In this document: positions 28,771 through 37,702 of the stretch, piece by piece | Layout: each line of letters begins with the position of its first letter | How positions within the stretch are numbered: position 1 is the stretch's first letter | Source of the DNA: an uncultured Gammaproteobacteria bacterium | Lineage (GTDB): Bacteria; Pseudomonadota; Gammaproteobacteria; Steroidobacterales; Steroidobacteraceae | Assembly: GCA_963826145.1 (NCBI GenBank) | Contig: CAWGVW010000002.1 | Location: 1,058,170-1,122,169, forward strand | Reading direction: 5' to 3' | DNA length: 64,000 nucleotides | Notes under the pieces: generated by a model | Database searches by the model: none | Told to the model about the DNA's origin: nothing | What the model saw: only the letters and a program-made list of their open reading frames with translations | Program-made: the position numbers and the translations under genes

Positions 28771-29093
28771 AGTGCCGGCAGGTGCCGTGTTCCTGGGAGC
28801 CGGCTGCCGGGAGGTGCCGTGGCTGCGCCGGCGCCAACGTGAAGGGTCATCGCGATCTCACCCGGCGTGCCCGCGAACACCGCCAGACCGGCTTGCCAGA
28901 CACCATCCCGACAGCCGGCTCCCGCTCAACGTGCCTTCTGGTCCGCGCCGTCGACGGAACGGCGACTTGGGCGTTGACTGCCGGCATGGTGTCTGGCAAG
29001 ACCGTCTAGCGATGTTCGCGGGCACGGGCGTTCAAGGCACGGTACGACTTCGCGCTGGCGTCCGGCAGGCGAAACACGGCACCTGCCGGCACT
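28771..29093. repeat. 323-bp nested-hairpin intergenic element with 21-bp perfect terminal inverted repeats (MITE/REP-like)
   Basis: AGTGCCGGCAGGTGCCGTGTT (28771-28791) is the exact reverse complement of 29073-29093. An inner inverted pair of a 39-nt module lies at 28868-28906 and 28986-29024. No credible ORF. Confidence 0.75.
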
Positions 29094-29112
29094 CAACGCC
29101 CTGAAGGCACGC

Positions 29113-29991
29113 TTAGAAGACGGTAGCGGCGTCGAAGACGGGGCCGTCGACGCAGACGCGTTTCATGGCGGGGCCCTCGGGGGTCTTCACTTCGACGGCG
29201 CAGCCGGCGCAGCCGCCGACCGCGCAGGCCATGAATTCCTCGAGCGATACCTGACAGGGAATGCCGAAGCGGCGTGCGACCTTCGCCGCAGCGGCGAGCA
29301 TCGGTGTCGGGCCGCAGGCGAACATCTCGACATCCTTCTGCGCGCGCGCGTCCAGCGCGCCGAGCCAGGCCGCAGCGAGATCGGTCACGAAACCCTGAAA
29401 GCAACCGGGAAAGTCTGAGAAGCTCGCGAGGCGGCTCGGCACACGCCATTCCTCGAGGAGCGGCATGCACGCGATGACGCCCTCGGGGATGCCGGCGACC
29501 ATGATGTTCGAGGGCCGCAGTCGAAACGGAAATGGAATTTCCGATCCCATCAGCGCGAGCGGCTTCCAGCCTTCGCCGGGACGTTCCTTGAGCGCCTCGG
29601 CGAGGAAAATCATCGGCGGGATGCCGACACCGCCGCCGATCAGGAGCGTTCGCGGCCGTTCGCGGTGAGGCGTGAAGCCATGGCCGATGGGCCCGATGAG
29701 GCTAAGAGTCGCTCCGACAGGCTGCGCCGAAAGCTGACGCAGGCCCGGTCCCACGATCTTGTAGAGCACTTCGATCCAGCCGGCGTCGCGTGCGACGCGC
29801 ATGATCGAGAGTGGCCGGCGCATTGGAAGCGATGCGTCGCAGGTGATGTGCACGAAGCTCCCGGGGGTCGCCGTGCGCGCACAACGCGGCGCCTCGAGAC
29901 GGAGCACATACTGCTCGCCATCGAAGGCCTCGCGTGCGAGGAGGCGCGCATCCTCCACGAATATGGTGCCGCGATGGCTGCGATCGCTCAT
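29113..29991 (-). CDS. PyrK-like FAD/[2Fe-2S] oxidoreductase (dihydroorotate dehydrogenase electron-transfer-subunit family)
   Basis: From Met 29991, which forms an ATGA overlap with the pyrB stop. FNR-like fold motifs RPLSIM and LIGGGVGIPP. C-terminal cluster MACAVGGCAGCAV...VCVDGPVF. Confidence 0.75.
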   Translation of the reverse strand: MSDRSHRGTIFVEDARLLAREAFDGEQYVLRLEAPRCARTATPGSFVHITCDASLPMRRPLSIMRVARDAGWIEVLYKIVGPGLRQLSAQPVGATLSLIGPIGHGFTPHRERPRTLLIGGGVGIPPMIFLAEALKERPGEGWKPLALMGSEIPFPFRLRPSNIMVAGIPEGVIACMPLLEEWRVPSRLASFSDFPGCFQGFVTDLAAAWLGALDARAQKDVEMFACGPTPMLAAAAKVARRFGIPCQVSLEEFMACAVGGCAGCAVEVKTPEGPAMKRVCVDGPVFDAATVF

Positions 29992-30956
29992 GAGCTGCGC
30001 CGCGCCTGAATGATCGCGCCGCCGACCGTTTCGAGAACGGCCATGCGGATGGCGACCCCGTTCGTCACCTGTTCGCGAATGACCGATTGCGGGCCGTCGG
30101 CGACGTCGTCGGCAATCTCGACGCCGCGGTTCATCGGACCCGGGTGCATCACGATGGCATCGGGGCGCGCCGTCTTCAGCCGCGCGGCGGACAGGCCGTA
30201 GCGCTCGAAGTAGGCCGCGGCGTCCGGGATCTCGGCCTCGGCCATGCGCTCCTTCTGGATGCGCAACATCATTACGACATCCGCGCCGGCGAGCGCTGCG
30301 TCGAGATCGCTGACGCGCCGGCACGCGGCGAACTCGCCTTTGTCCGGCATAAGCCCGGACGGTGCGACCAGCCGGATTTCACGGGCGCCGAGTGTCGTGA
30401 AGGCCTGCACGGCGGAGCGAGCGACGCGCGAGTGGCGGATATCACCGACGATCGCGATTGCGAGCCCTTCGAGGCGCGGCTTGTGCCTCAGGATCGTGAG
30501 CGCATCGAGGAGTCCCTGCGTCGGATGCGACAGGTGGGCTTCGCCAGCGCTGAGGACGGAGGTGAGCGGTCCCACATGTTCGGCGACGAACTGCGGCACG
30601 CCGGCTTCAGGGTCGCGCACGACGAAGATGTCGATGTTCATCGCCGCGAGCGTGTAGACCGTGTCGAGCATGCTCTCGCCCTTCACGCGAGAGGACAGCT
30701 GCAGGTCGAGATTGATCACTTCGGCGCCGAGGCGCTTGCCTGCGAGTTCGAAGGAGGCGCGCGTGCGCGTACTCGGTTCCGAGAACAGGTTTGCGATCGT
30801 GATGCCAGCGAGGGCATGCGAACCAGCCGGTGTGCCGCCGGGCGCACGCAGGAACGATTTTGCCCGCTCGATGAGCGATTCGAGGAACTGCCGGTCGAGA
30901 CCCTCGAGGGTCAGGAGATGGCGCAGCGTACCGTCGGCATGCAGTTGCGAGATCAT
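29988..30956 (-). CDS. pyrB: Aspartate carbamoyltransferase catalytic subunit
   Basis: EPSTRTRASFE, HLSHPTQGLLD, VMHPGPMNRGVEI. Confidence 0.93.
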   Translation of the reverse strand: MISQLHADGTLRHLLTLEGLDRQFLESLIERAKSFLRAPGGTPAGSHALAGITIANLFSEPSTRTRASFELAGKRLGAEVINLDLQLSSRVKGESMLDTVYTLAAMNIDIFVVRDPEAGVPQFVAEHVGPLTSVLSAGEAHLSHPTQGLLDALTILRHKPRLEGLAIAIVGDIRHSRVARSAVQAFTTLGAREIRLVAPSGLMPDKGEFAACRRVSDLDAALAGADVVMMLRIQKERMAEAEIPDAAAYFERYGLSAARLKTARPDAIVMHPGPMNRGVEIADDVADGPQSVIREQVTNGVAIRMAVLETVGGAIIQARRSS

Positions 30957-30963
30957 GCGGGCT

Positions 30964-31419
30964 TCATCGGCTCTCCAGCCACCGTTCGAGAATGATGCAG
31001 GCCGCGGTTCGGTCGATATCCTCTTTGCGGATCCTGCGGGTGCGTGCGCCGCTCTGGCGCAGGTCGCGCAGCCGCCCCTCCGCTTCCAGCGAGGAATAAC
31101 GTTCGTCGGAGAGGGCGACCTTGAGCCCCGTGCGCCGGCCGAGATCGTCGGCGAAGGTGCGTGTGCGCCCGGTCATCGGTGATTCGCTGCCGTCCTCATT
31201 ATAGGGGATGCCGACGACGAGGAGGCTCGGGCGCCACCGCTCGATGAGGTTTGACACCGCGGTCCAATCATTGCCGCCGGCGCCAAGCGAGACGACGTCG
31301 AGCGGGCTCGCCTTGCGCGTCAGCGTGTCACCGGCGGCGACGCCAATCCGCTTCGCTCCGAAATCGAATCCAAGTACGAGAGTTGGGCTGGGCGTCGCAG
31401 GTGACGCGCCCTCACGCAT
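30964..31419 (-). CDS. ruvX: Holliday-junction resolvase-like RuvX/YqgF
   Basis: LGFDFGAKRIGVAAGD at the N-terminus. 151 aa in the conserved position after yqgE. Confidence 0.88.
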   Translation of the reverse strand: MREGASPATPSPTLVLGFDFGAKRIGVAAGDTLTRKASPLDVVSLGAGGNDWTAVSNLIERWRPSLLVVGIPYNEDGSESPMTGRTRTFADDLGRRTGLKVALSDERYSSLEAEGRLRDLRQSGARTRRIRKEDIDRTAACIILERWLESR

Positions 31420-31975
31420 GACCGGCGGCCGACCCCAGGCGGTTCAATTCGATGCCGAGGAGCCGCCCCGCGGCGTGCCAGCGCTCCTCGAACGGCATGC
31501 CGAAAACGATCGCTGCGCTCGCTGGCACGTTGAGCCAGGCGTTGGCGCGGATTTCCTCTTCGAGCTGACCGGCCTGCCAGCCCGCATAACCGAGCGCGAC
31601 GAATGCATCCTCCGGCCCGCTGCCGCCCGCGAGCGCCGCCAGCACGTCGCGCGAGGTGGTCACGTGAATGTTCTCGGAGACCTTCAGGGTCGAGTCCCAG
31701 GCGCCGCCCGCGCGGTGCACGACGAAACCACGATCGGTCTGCACGGGACCGCCCTTCAGCACGACCCGTTCGCCGAGACTGGCGTCGCGGTTGTCGAGTG
31801 CGAGCTGTGTGAACACTTCATCGAGCGTCATTGGCAGCGGCCGGTTGATGACGAGCCCCAAGGCGCCGTCCTCGTTGTGTTCGCAGATGAGCGTGACGGT
31901 CTGGGAGAAATTCGGATCGGCCATGCCGGGCATGGCGATCAGGAGCTGGTTGCAGAGGTAGTCGCCCTCGGCCAT
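31412..31975 (-). CDS. YqgE/AlgH-family protein
   Basis: LLIAMPGMADPNFSQTVTLICEHNEDGALGLVINRP is typical of the family. 187 aa. Confidence 0.88.
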   Translation of the reverse strand: MAEGDYLCNQLLIAMPGMADPNFSQTVTLICEHNEDGALGLVINRPLPMTLDEVFTQLALDNRDASLGERVVLKGGPVQTDRGFVVHRAGGAWDSTLKVSENIHVTTSRDVLAALAGGSGPEDAFVALGYAGWQAGQLEEEIRANAWLNVPASAAIVFGMPFEERWHAAGRLLGIELNRLGSAAGHA

Positions 31976-31992
31976 GTCTCATTGTATCCCGG

Positions 31993-32907
31993 TCATTCGG
32001 CCTGAGTCTTGACGGGCGTGCTTACGAGGCGGCCCGACAGGAACTGAAACTCCTTGGAAAAGCGCAGGCTGTCATTGGTCTCCGCCAGGTCGCGCGGGAA
32101 TGGATCAAAGGGCGAGGCGAGCTTCACGATGGCAATGGCCGCCTGATCCACCTCGCGCGAGCCGCTGCTGTCGCGCAGCAGCACTTCATCGAGCTGGCCG
32201 TCGAAGCGAACGACGATCTCGAGCACTGGGCTCTTCGCCGTTTCCTTGTCCTTTGCCTCGATCGGAAAGTTGAGCGTGCCGATGCGCTCAACCTTGCGCC
32301 GCCACGCGTCGAGGTAGACCGCGACGTTCGATTGCCGGGTGTTCGGCGTGACGATGAGTTCACGCTCTTTGCGGCCATGCAGGGCGAGCCGGTCCGCCTC
32401 GTTGGCTGCCGGCAGGGCGCTTTGACGTTCCGCTGTCATCAGGAGCGGCTGCTGAGCCTCGGTCGCCGGATCATTGGCAGGATTCTGGAAGTAGCGCACG
32501 GTTGGAGCGCGGGCGCGGGCCGCGACGAGATCTTCGTTGCCCTGGTCCGCCCCCGCACGATGCATCTCGAGGCTGTTGCCGTCGGCGACGCCCGGGTTGT
32601 TGAAGGGCAGGGGCGAGGAGCGCGGGCTCGTCGGCCGTTCGCGCTTGTCGAGGTTGCCTGAGCCCTGCTGGTCGCGCTGCGCCAGGTAATCCGCTTTGTC
32701 GTTCGGTCGCGTCTCCGGCAGGTCCTCCGACACCAGCAGGACTTCCATGGTCGGAACGCCGTGATCGTCCGTGAGCGCGCCGCTCGTGAACGACACGCCC
32801 ATGATGACGATACCGTGGAGGAGCGCGAAGAGAAAAAGAGTGGTCATGAGCCGGTCCCGGACGGGGGCGCGGCCTTCCTTCAGGACGAGGGGGTCGCTGG
32901 GCGCCAT
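31993..32907 (-). CDS. TonB-family protein (positional equivalent of P. aeruginosa TonB3)
   Basis: N-terminal TM helix (LFLFALLHGIVIMGV), a Pro/charged linker and a TonB-like C-terminal region. Sits between gshB and yqgE. Confidence 0.65.
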   Translation of the reverse strand: MAPSDPLVLKEGRAPVRDRLMTTLFLFALLHGIVIMGVSFTSGALTDDHGVPTMEVLLVSEDLPETRPNDKADYLAQRDQQGSGNLDKRERPTSPRSSPLPFNNPGVADGNSLEMHRAGADQGNEDLVAARARAPTVRYFQNPANDPATEAQQPLLMTAERQSALPAANEADRLALHGRKERELIVTPNTRQSNVAVYLDAWRRKVERIGTLNFPIEAKDKETAKSPVLEIVVRFDGQLDEVLLRDSSGSREVDQAAIAIVKLASPFDPFPRDLAETNDSLRFSKEFQFLSGRLVSTPVKTQAE

Positions 32908-32935
32908 GCAACTCCAGTATAGGCGTCGCGCCTTG

Positions 32936-33898
32936 CTAGCGTGCAGCCAATCTGCGCTCGATCGCTTCCATCAGGCGGGCTGCGATGTCCGTGCCGCATT
33001 GCTTGTCGATCTCGCGGATGCCCGTGGGACTCGTGACGTTGATCTCCGTCACAAAACCGCCGATCACGTCGAGTCCGACGAACAACATGCCGGCCGCACT
33101 CATCTGCGGGCCGATTTCTGCAGCCAGCCACCGGTCGCGATCGTTCAGGGGCCGCGCGATGCCGGTCGCACCAGCGGCGAGATTGCCGCGGTTGTCGTGC
33201 GCCGCGGGGATGCGCGCCAGGGCGTGCGGGATCGGTTCGCCGTCGACGAGCAGCACGCGGCTGTCTCCGGTCTCGACGATGTCGGGGATGTAGCGCTGCG
33301 CGATCGCGTAGCGTTCGCCGTATTCGGTGAGAGTTTCGAGCACGACGGTCAGATTCTTGTCGGTCTGGTCGACGACGAAGATCGAGCGTCCGCCCATGCC
33401 GTGCAGGGGCTTCACCACGATCCGCCCGTGCTCGCGCGCGAAGGCCAGCATGTCGCCCATGTCGCGCGTGATCAGCGTCGGCGCGCAGCACTGCGGGAAC
33501 CAGGCCGTGTAGACCTTCTCGTTCATGTCCCGCAAGCCGTCGGGGCTGTTCACGACGAGGCTGCCTTCCGCCTGCGCCCGCTCGAGGATGTAGGTCGTGT
33601 AGATGTACTCGGTATCGAACGGCGGGTCCTTGCGCATGAGGATCGCCTGCATCCCGCCGAGCGGCACAACGCGGGGTCCGCCAAGTGTGAACCAGTCCAC
33701 AGGATCCATCCGGACCGCAAGGGGCCGCGCGCGCCCGAACGCCCGGCCATCCCGCAGCGAGAGGTCGCCAAGTTCGAGGTACCAGAGCTCCCAGCCGCGC
33801 TCCTGGGCTGCGCACAGCATCGCCAGGCTGGAGTCCTTGGCCGGCTTGATGTCGGCGATGGGGTCCATGACTACGGCGCAGCGGACGCGTTCTGCCAT
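32936..33898 (-). CDS. gshB: Glutathione synthetase
   Basis: From Met 33898: VVMDPIADIKPAKDSSLAML. The ATP-grasp C-terminal half contains VGLDVIGGFVTEINVTSPTG. Confidence 0.92.
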   Translation of the reverse strand: MAERVRCAVVMDPIADIKPAKDSSLAMLCAAQERGWELWYLELGDLSLRDGRAFGRARPLAVRMDPVDWFTLGGPRVVPLGGMQAILMRKDPPFDTEYIYTTYILERAQAEGSLVVNSPDGLRDMNEKVYTAWFPQCCAPTLITRDMGDMLAFAREHGRIVVKPLHGMGGRSIFVVDQTDKNLTVVLETLTEYGERYAIAQRYIPDIVETGDSRVLLVDGEPIPHALARIPAAHDNRGNLAAGATGIARPLNDRDRWLAAEIGPQMSAAGMLFVGLDVIGGFVTEINVTSPTGIREIDKQCGTDIAARLMEAIERRLAAR

Positions 33899-34177
33899 CG
33901 AAAATTCTCCGTGTTGGGCCGCCTTGAGGACGATCCCGGGCATGTTAACCCGCGCTCGAACGGCCGCGGACTTGACATGTTGCCGCGGGAAAACCCGTCA
34001 AGCGGCGAAACTGTGAACTGGGCGCCGTGGCGGGGGCCTTACCGATATGTTAAAACGCAAGTCCGTTGCGTGGGCTAGCTGAATGATTCGCAAGGCCTTT
34101 GCGCCGTTGCCCGGCACGACCATCGGCAGCCCCCGAATGGGCCCTCGCGTGGGCCTCAACGTTGGAGATCGAAGCAC

Positions 34178-34570
34178 GTGATGGACGCGAAGCCCAAGCT
34201 CTCTGGCCTCAAGGTTCTTGTCATCGACGACAGCAAAACCATCCGCCGCACCGCCGAGACGCTGCTCTCGAAAGAGGGCTGCGAGGTGTTCACCGCCGTC
34301 GACGGCTTCGATGCGCTTTCGAAAATCGCTGATCACCAGCCCGATATTGTTTTCGTCGACATCATGATGCCGCGGCTCGACGGCTATCAGACCTGTTCGC
34401 TCATCAAGCACAACAAGGTCTTCAAATCGATTCCCGTGATCATGCTGTCCTCGAAGGACGGCCTCTTCGATCGAGCCCGCGGACGCATCGTCGGCTCGGA
34501 ACATTACCTGACCAAACCCTTTACCAAGGACGAGCTGTTGAGCGCGATTGAGACCCATGTCGGCAAGTAA
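34178..34570 (+). CDS. pilG: Twitching-motility CheY-like response regulator PilG
   Basis: LKVLVIDDSKTIRRTAETLL...FVDIMMPRLDGYQTC...LSSKDGLFD..GRIVGSEHYLTKPF, near-collinear with P. aeruginosa PilG as I remember it. Confidence 0.92.
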   Translation: MMDAKPKLSGLKVLVIDDSKTIRRTAETLLSKEGCEVFTAVDGFDALSKIADHQPDIVFVDIMMPRLDGYQTCSLIKHNKVFKSIPVIMLSSKDGLFDRARGRIVGSEHYLTKPFTKDELLSAIETHVGK

Positions 34571-34604
34571 GGCCGGCCCGGTCGCGCGCCCGGAGGCACG
34601 ACGC

Positions 34605-34970
34605 ATGGCACTGATCCTCATCGTCGACGACTCGCCGACCGAAGTGCACGTGATGCAGAAGGCGCTCGAACGCCACGGTTACCAGACCGCGGCGGCCGAG
34701 AACGGCGCCGAGGGCATCCGCAAGGCGCGCGAGATGAAGCCCGATCTCATCTTCATGGACGTCGTCATGCCGGTGCTCAACGGCTTCCAGGCGACGCGCA
34801 CGCTCGCGAACGACCCGTCCACGCGCTCCATCCCGGTCATCATGGTCACGACGAAGGGCCAGGAAACGGACCGCATCTGGGGCATGCGACAGGGAGCGGT
34901 CGACTATCTCGTGAAGCCGGTGACGCCCGACAAGCTCGTCGAGAAAGCGCAGGCGGCGCTTGCCGGCTGA
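34605..34970 (+). CDS. pilH: CheY-like response regulator PilH
   Basis: GGAGG before ATG 34605: MALILIVDDSPTE...MDVVMPVLNGFQATR...VTTKGQETD...DYLVKPV. Confidence 0.9.
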   Translation: MALILIVDDSPTEVHVMQKALERHGYQTAAAENGAEGIRKAREMKPDLIFMDVVMPVLNGFQATRTLANDPSTRSIPVIMVTTKGQETDRIWGMRQGAVDYLVKPVTPDKLVEKAQAALAG

Positions 34971-34999
34971 GGCCGTCGCAGCAGCGTCTCATCGAGCCT

Positions 35000-35560
35000 A
35001 TGGATCAACCGGTCGCCCTCAAGTCCCTCAAGGATCGCCCGTTCGAGCTTCTCGTCGAAATCGAACGGCGCAGCCGCGCGGCGGTCGCCGGCGGCCGCGC
35101 CGGTGCGCAGGGCCGCGAGTGGGTGGGCGTTGCCTTTCGCATGGCGGCGGAAACGTTCCTCGTCGCACGCGACGAAACGCGTGAAGTGCTGGGCTTTCCC
35201 GCGACGGTGACGCGCGTGCCGGGAGCGCGCACCTGGATCAAGGGACTTGCGAACGTGCGCGGGCAGCTCCTGCCGATTCTCGATTTGCGCCAGTACCTCG
35301 GGAGCGGCGTCACGCAGCAGGGGCGCAACACGCGCATTATCGTCGTCAACCATCGGGAAATTCCGGCCGGGCTCATGGTCGATGAGGTGTTCGGTTTCCG
35401 CCGCTTCATCGAATCCGAATTTCACGCCGATGTGCCGGCGACCGTGATCCGCTGCGAACGCTACCTCGCCGGCGCCTTCCGGCGCGGCACCGAACACTGG
35501 CCGGTCTTCAGCCTTCGCAGTCTTGTCGAGAGTCCGAATTTCCTGCAGGCCGCGGCCTGA
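35000..35560 (+). CDS. pilI: CheW-like coupling protein PilI
   Basis: CheW-domain pattern (GLANVRGQLLPILDLRQYLG...RIIVVN) in the position after pilH. Confidence 0.85.
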   Translation: MDQPVALKSLKDRPFELLVEIERRSRAAVAGGRAGAQGREWVGVAFRMAAETFLVARDETREVLGFPATVTRVPGARTWIKGLANVRGQLLPILDLRQYLGSGVTQQGRNTRIIVVNHREIPAGLMVDEVFGFRRFIESEFHADVPATVIRCERYLAGAFRRGTEHWPVFSLRSLVESPNFLQAAA

Positions 35561-35593
35561 TTTGAGGCGCTGTCGAAGGGGAAGGTAAAGAAA

Positions 35594-37660
35594 ATGAACA
35601 ATACGACTGACAAGCGCTGGGGAACGCGTGCACTGCCGCTCTTCCTGTGGCTGGGGCTCCTCGCGACGCTCGCAGCTGCCGCACTTTACTGGTTCAGCAC
35701 GCAGTCGACGGCAGGCGCATCGGCGCCCAGCGCCGGCGCGCACCTCGCTGCGCTATCGCAGAATCTGCCGCTGCAGGCGGCTGCGGCCGCGCGCGGCGTG
35801 CCCGGTGCGATCGAACAGCTGGGCAAAGACGTCGCGGAGCTCGACTCGGCCCGAGAGCAAGCCGGATCGCCCGGCGACCCGGCGGCCTGGAAAACATTGC
35901 TCGACGGTGGGCGAACGGTAGCAGGCGGCGAACAGTCGGTCGACGCGGTCACGACGGGCGCACGCGAAGTGCACGCGCAGATGCCGCGGCTCGCGGCCGA
36001 CGTCGCGAATCTCGTCAGCAGCGTCGGCTCGGCGCGGGTCGACAGCTACACGCGCGCGCTCGAGCGCTTCGAGCTCACGAGCGAACGGCTGCAGCAGGAT
36101 ATCGACGCTCTCGCGAGCGGCGTCGGCGATACCTCGGCGATCGCGACGCGGCTCGCGGCGAGCACCGACGACCTCGATCAGTTCATGCATGGTCTCGCCG
36201 GCGGCGAGACGGGGCTCGGCCTGCCGCGCATCAATGGCGCCGAAGCCGAGCAGAAGCTGAAGGCGGTGATCGCCCAGTACGAGAAGATCGGCGCGAATAT
36301 CCGCGCCGCCGTCGACGCCTCGAAGGCCTTCGTCGACGTGCAGAACGCAAGCCGTTCGATGGCGGACGCCGCGCGCACGCTCTATCCGCAGCTCGCCACC
36401 GGCGGTGCGGCCGCAGCGCCGTCGGCCGGCTCGAATCTGCGCTGGATTGCGCTGGTCCTTGCGCTCCTTGGCATCCTCGCCATTGCCGCCGCGGTTGCGA
36501 TCCATCACTCCTCGGCGAATGCGCGCAAGTTCGCCGAGCAGCAGGGCAAGCAGAACGAACGCAACCAGGAGGCGATCTTAAGGCTCCTCGATGAACTTTC
36601 GAGCCTTGCGGACGGCGACCTGACGGTGCAGGCGACCGTGACCGAGGACATCACGGGCGCGATCGCCGACTCGATCAATTACGCCATCGAAGCCCTGCGG
36701 GAGCTGGTCGCAACGATCAACGATACTTCCGGCCAGCTCGACGGCGCGGCCCGCCAGACACAGGCGCTCGCCGCGCATCTTGCCAAGGCGAGCGGCGCAC
36801 AATCGAAGCAGATCGGGTCGGCGACGGAGTCGATCGGCGCGATGGCCTCGTCGACGGAAGAGGTCTCGGGCAACGCCGAACGCGCGTCCGACGTCGCACG
36901 CCACTCGGTCGACATCGCGCACAAGGGCGGCGACGCCGTGCGCCGCACGATCGACGGCATGAACGCGATCCGCGAAACGATCCAGGAGACCTCCAAGCGC
37001 ATCAAGCGCCTTGGCGAAAGCTCGCAGGAGATCGGCAACATCGTCGAGCTCATCAACGACATCGCCGAGCAGACCAACATCCTCGCGCTGAACGCTTCGA
37101 TCCAGGCCTCGATGGCCGGCGAAGCGGGACGCGGCTTTGCCGTTGTCGCGGACGAGGTGCAGCGCCTGGCCGAACGCGCGGCGAACGCGACCAAGCAGAT
37201 CGAAGTGCTGGTGCGCACGATCCAGACGGACACCAACGAGGCCGTGGTGTCGATGGAGCGCAGCACGACGGACGTCGTCGGCGGCGCGCTCCTCGCCGAG
37301 AACGCGGGCGCGGCGCTCGAAGAGATCGAGCAGGTATCCAACCAGATCGCGAGCCTCGTGCAGAACATTTCCGCGAGCTCGCGCGGGCAGGCTTCGGCGG
37401 CGGGCGCCATGGCGCGCAACATGCAGGTGCTGCGCGAAATCAGCGCACAGACCGCAGACTCGACCAGCGCCACGTCGAACTCCATCGGCAAGCTCGCGGA
37501 GCTTTCGGCGCAGCTACGCAAGTCCGTGTCGGGCTTCCGCCTGCCGGCGGGACTTGCGACCAGTTCGACTTCGACACGATTGCCAAAGCTCACGCCCGAG
37601 AATCCGAGCCAAAAGCCCCAGCCTGCCAGCCGCAAGCTGTCGGCCGCCGGCGGTGCTTGA
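35594..37660 (+). CDS. pilJ: Methyl-accepting chemotaxis protein PilJ
   Basis: N-terminal TM helix, a large periplasmic region, a second TM helix and HAMP. Conserved MCP signalling hairpin IAEQTNILALNASIQASMAGEAGRGFAVVADEVQRLAERA. Confidence 0.9.
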   Translation: MNNTTDKRWGTRALPLFLWLGLLATLAAAALYWFSTQSTAGASAPSAGAHLAALSQNLPLQAAAAARGVPGAIEQLGKDVAELDSAREQAGSPGDPAAWKTLLDGGRTVAGGEQSVDAVTTGAREVHAQMPRLAADVANLVSSVGSARVDSYTRALERFELTSERLQQDIDALASGVGDTSAIATRLAASTDDLDQFMHGLAGGETGLGLPRINGAEAEQKLKAVIAQYEKIGANIRAAVDASKAFVDVQNASRSMADAARTLYPQLATGGAAAAPSAGSNLRWIALVLALLGILAIAAAVAIHHSSANARKFAEQQGKQNERNQEAILRLLDELSSLADGDLTVQATVTEDITGAIADSINYAIEALRELVATINDTSGQLDGAARQTQALAAHLAKASGAQSKQIGSATESIGAMASSTEEVSGNAERASDVARHSVDIAHKGGDAVRRTIDGMNAIRETIQETSKRIKRLGESSQEIGNIVELINDIAEQTNILALNASIQASMAGEAGRGFAVVADEVQRLAERAANATKQIEVLVRTIQTDTNEAVVSMERSTTDVVGGALLAENAGAALEEIEQVSNQIASLVQNISASSRGQASAAGAMARNMQVLREISAQTADSTSATSNSIGKLAELSAQLRKSVSGFRLPAGLATSSTSTRLPKLTPENPSQKPQPASRKLSAAGGA

Positions 37661-37702
37661 AGCGCGCACCGAGCACAGCCGAATGAGCCCGAGCGAAGCT
37701 GA

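Noticed and set aside
25147-28880. Three long antisense ORFs (438, 461 and 450 aa) mirroring pilT, pilU and the third paralogue
   Set aside because: Each is exactly coextensive with a strongly supported PilT-family gene on the other strand. Their sequences (repeated HR/DR/ER runs) look like complements of coding sequence, not proteins.
29992-30324. N-terminal 111-codon extension of the pyrK-like ORF (the full 403-aa ORF in the track)
   Set aside because: The extension is extremely Arg-rich and lies entirely inside pyrB in another frame. Met 29991 gives a PyrK-sized protein with an ATGA overlap to the pyrB stop.
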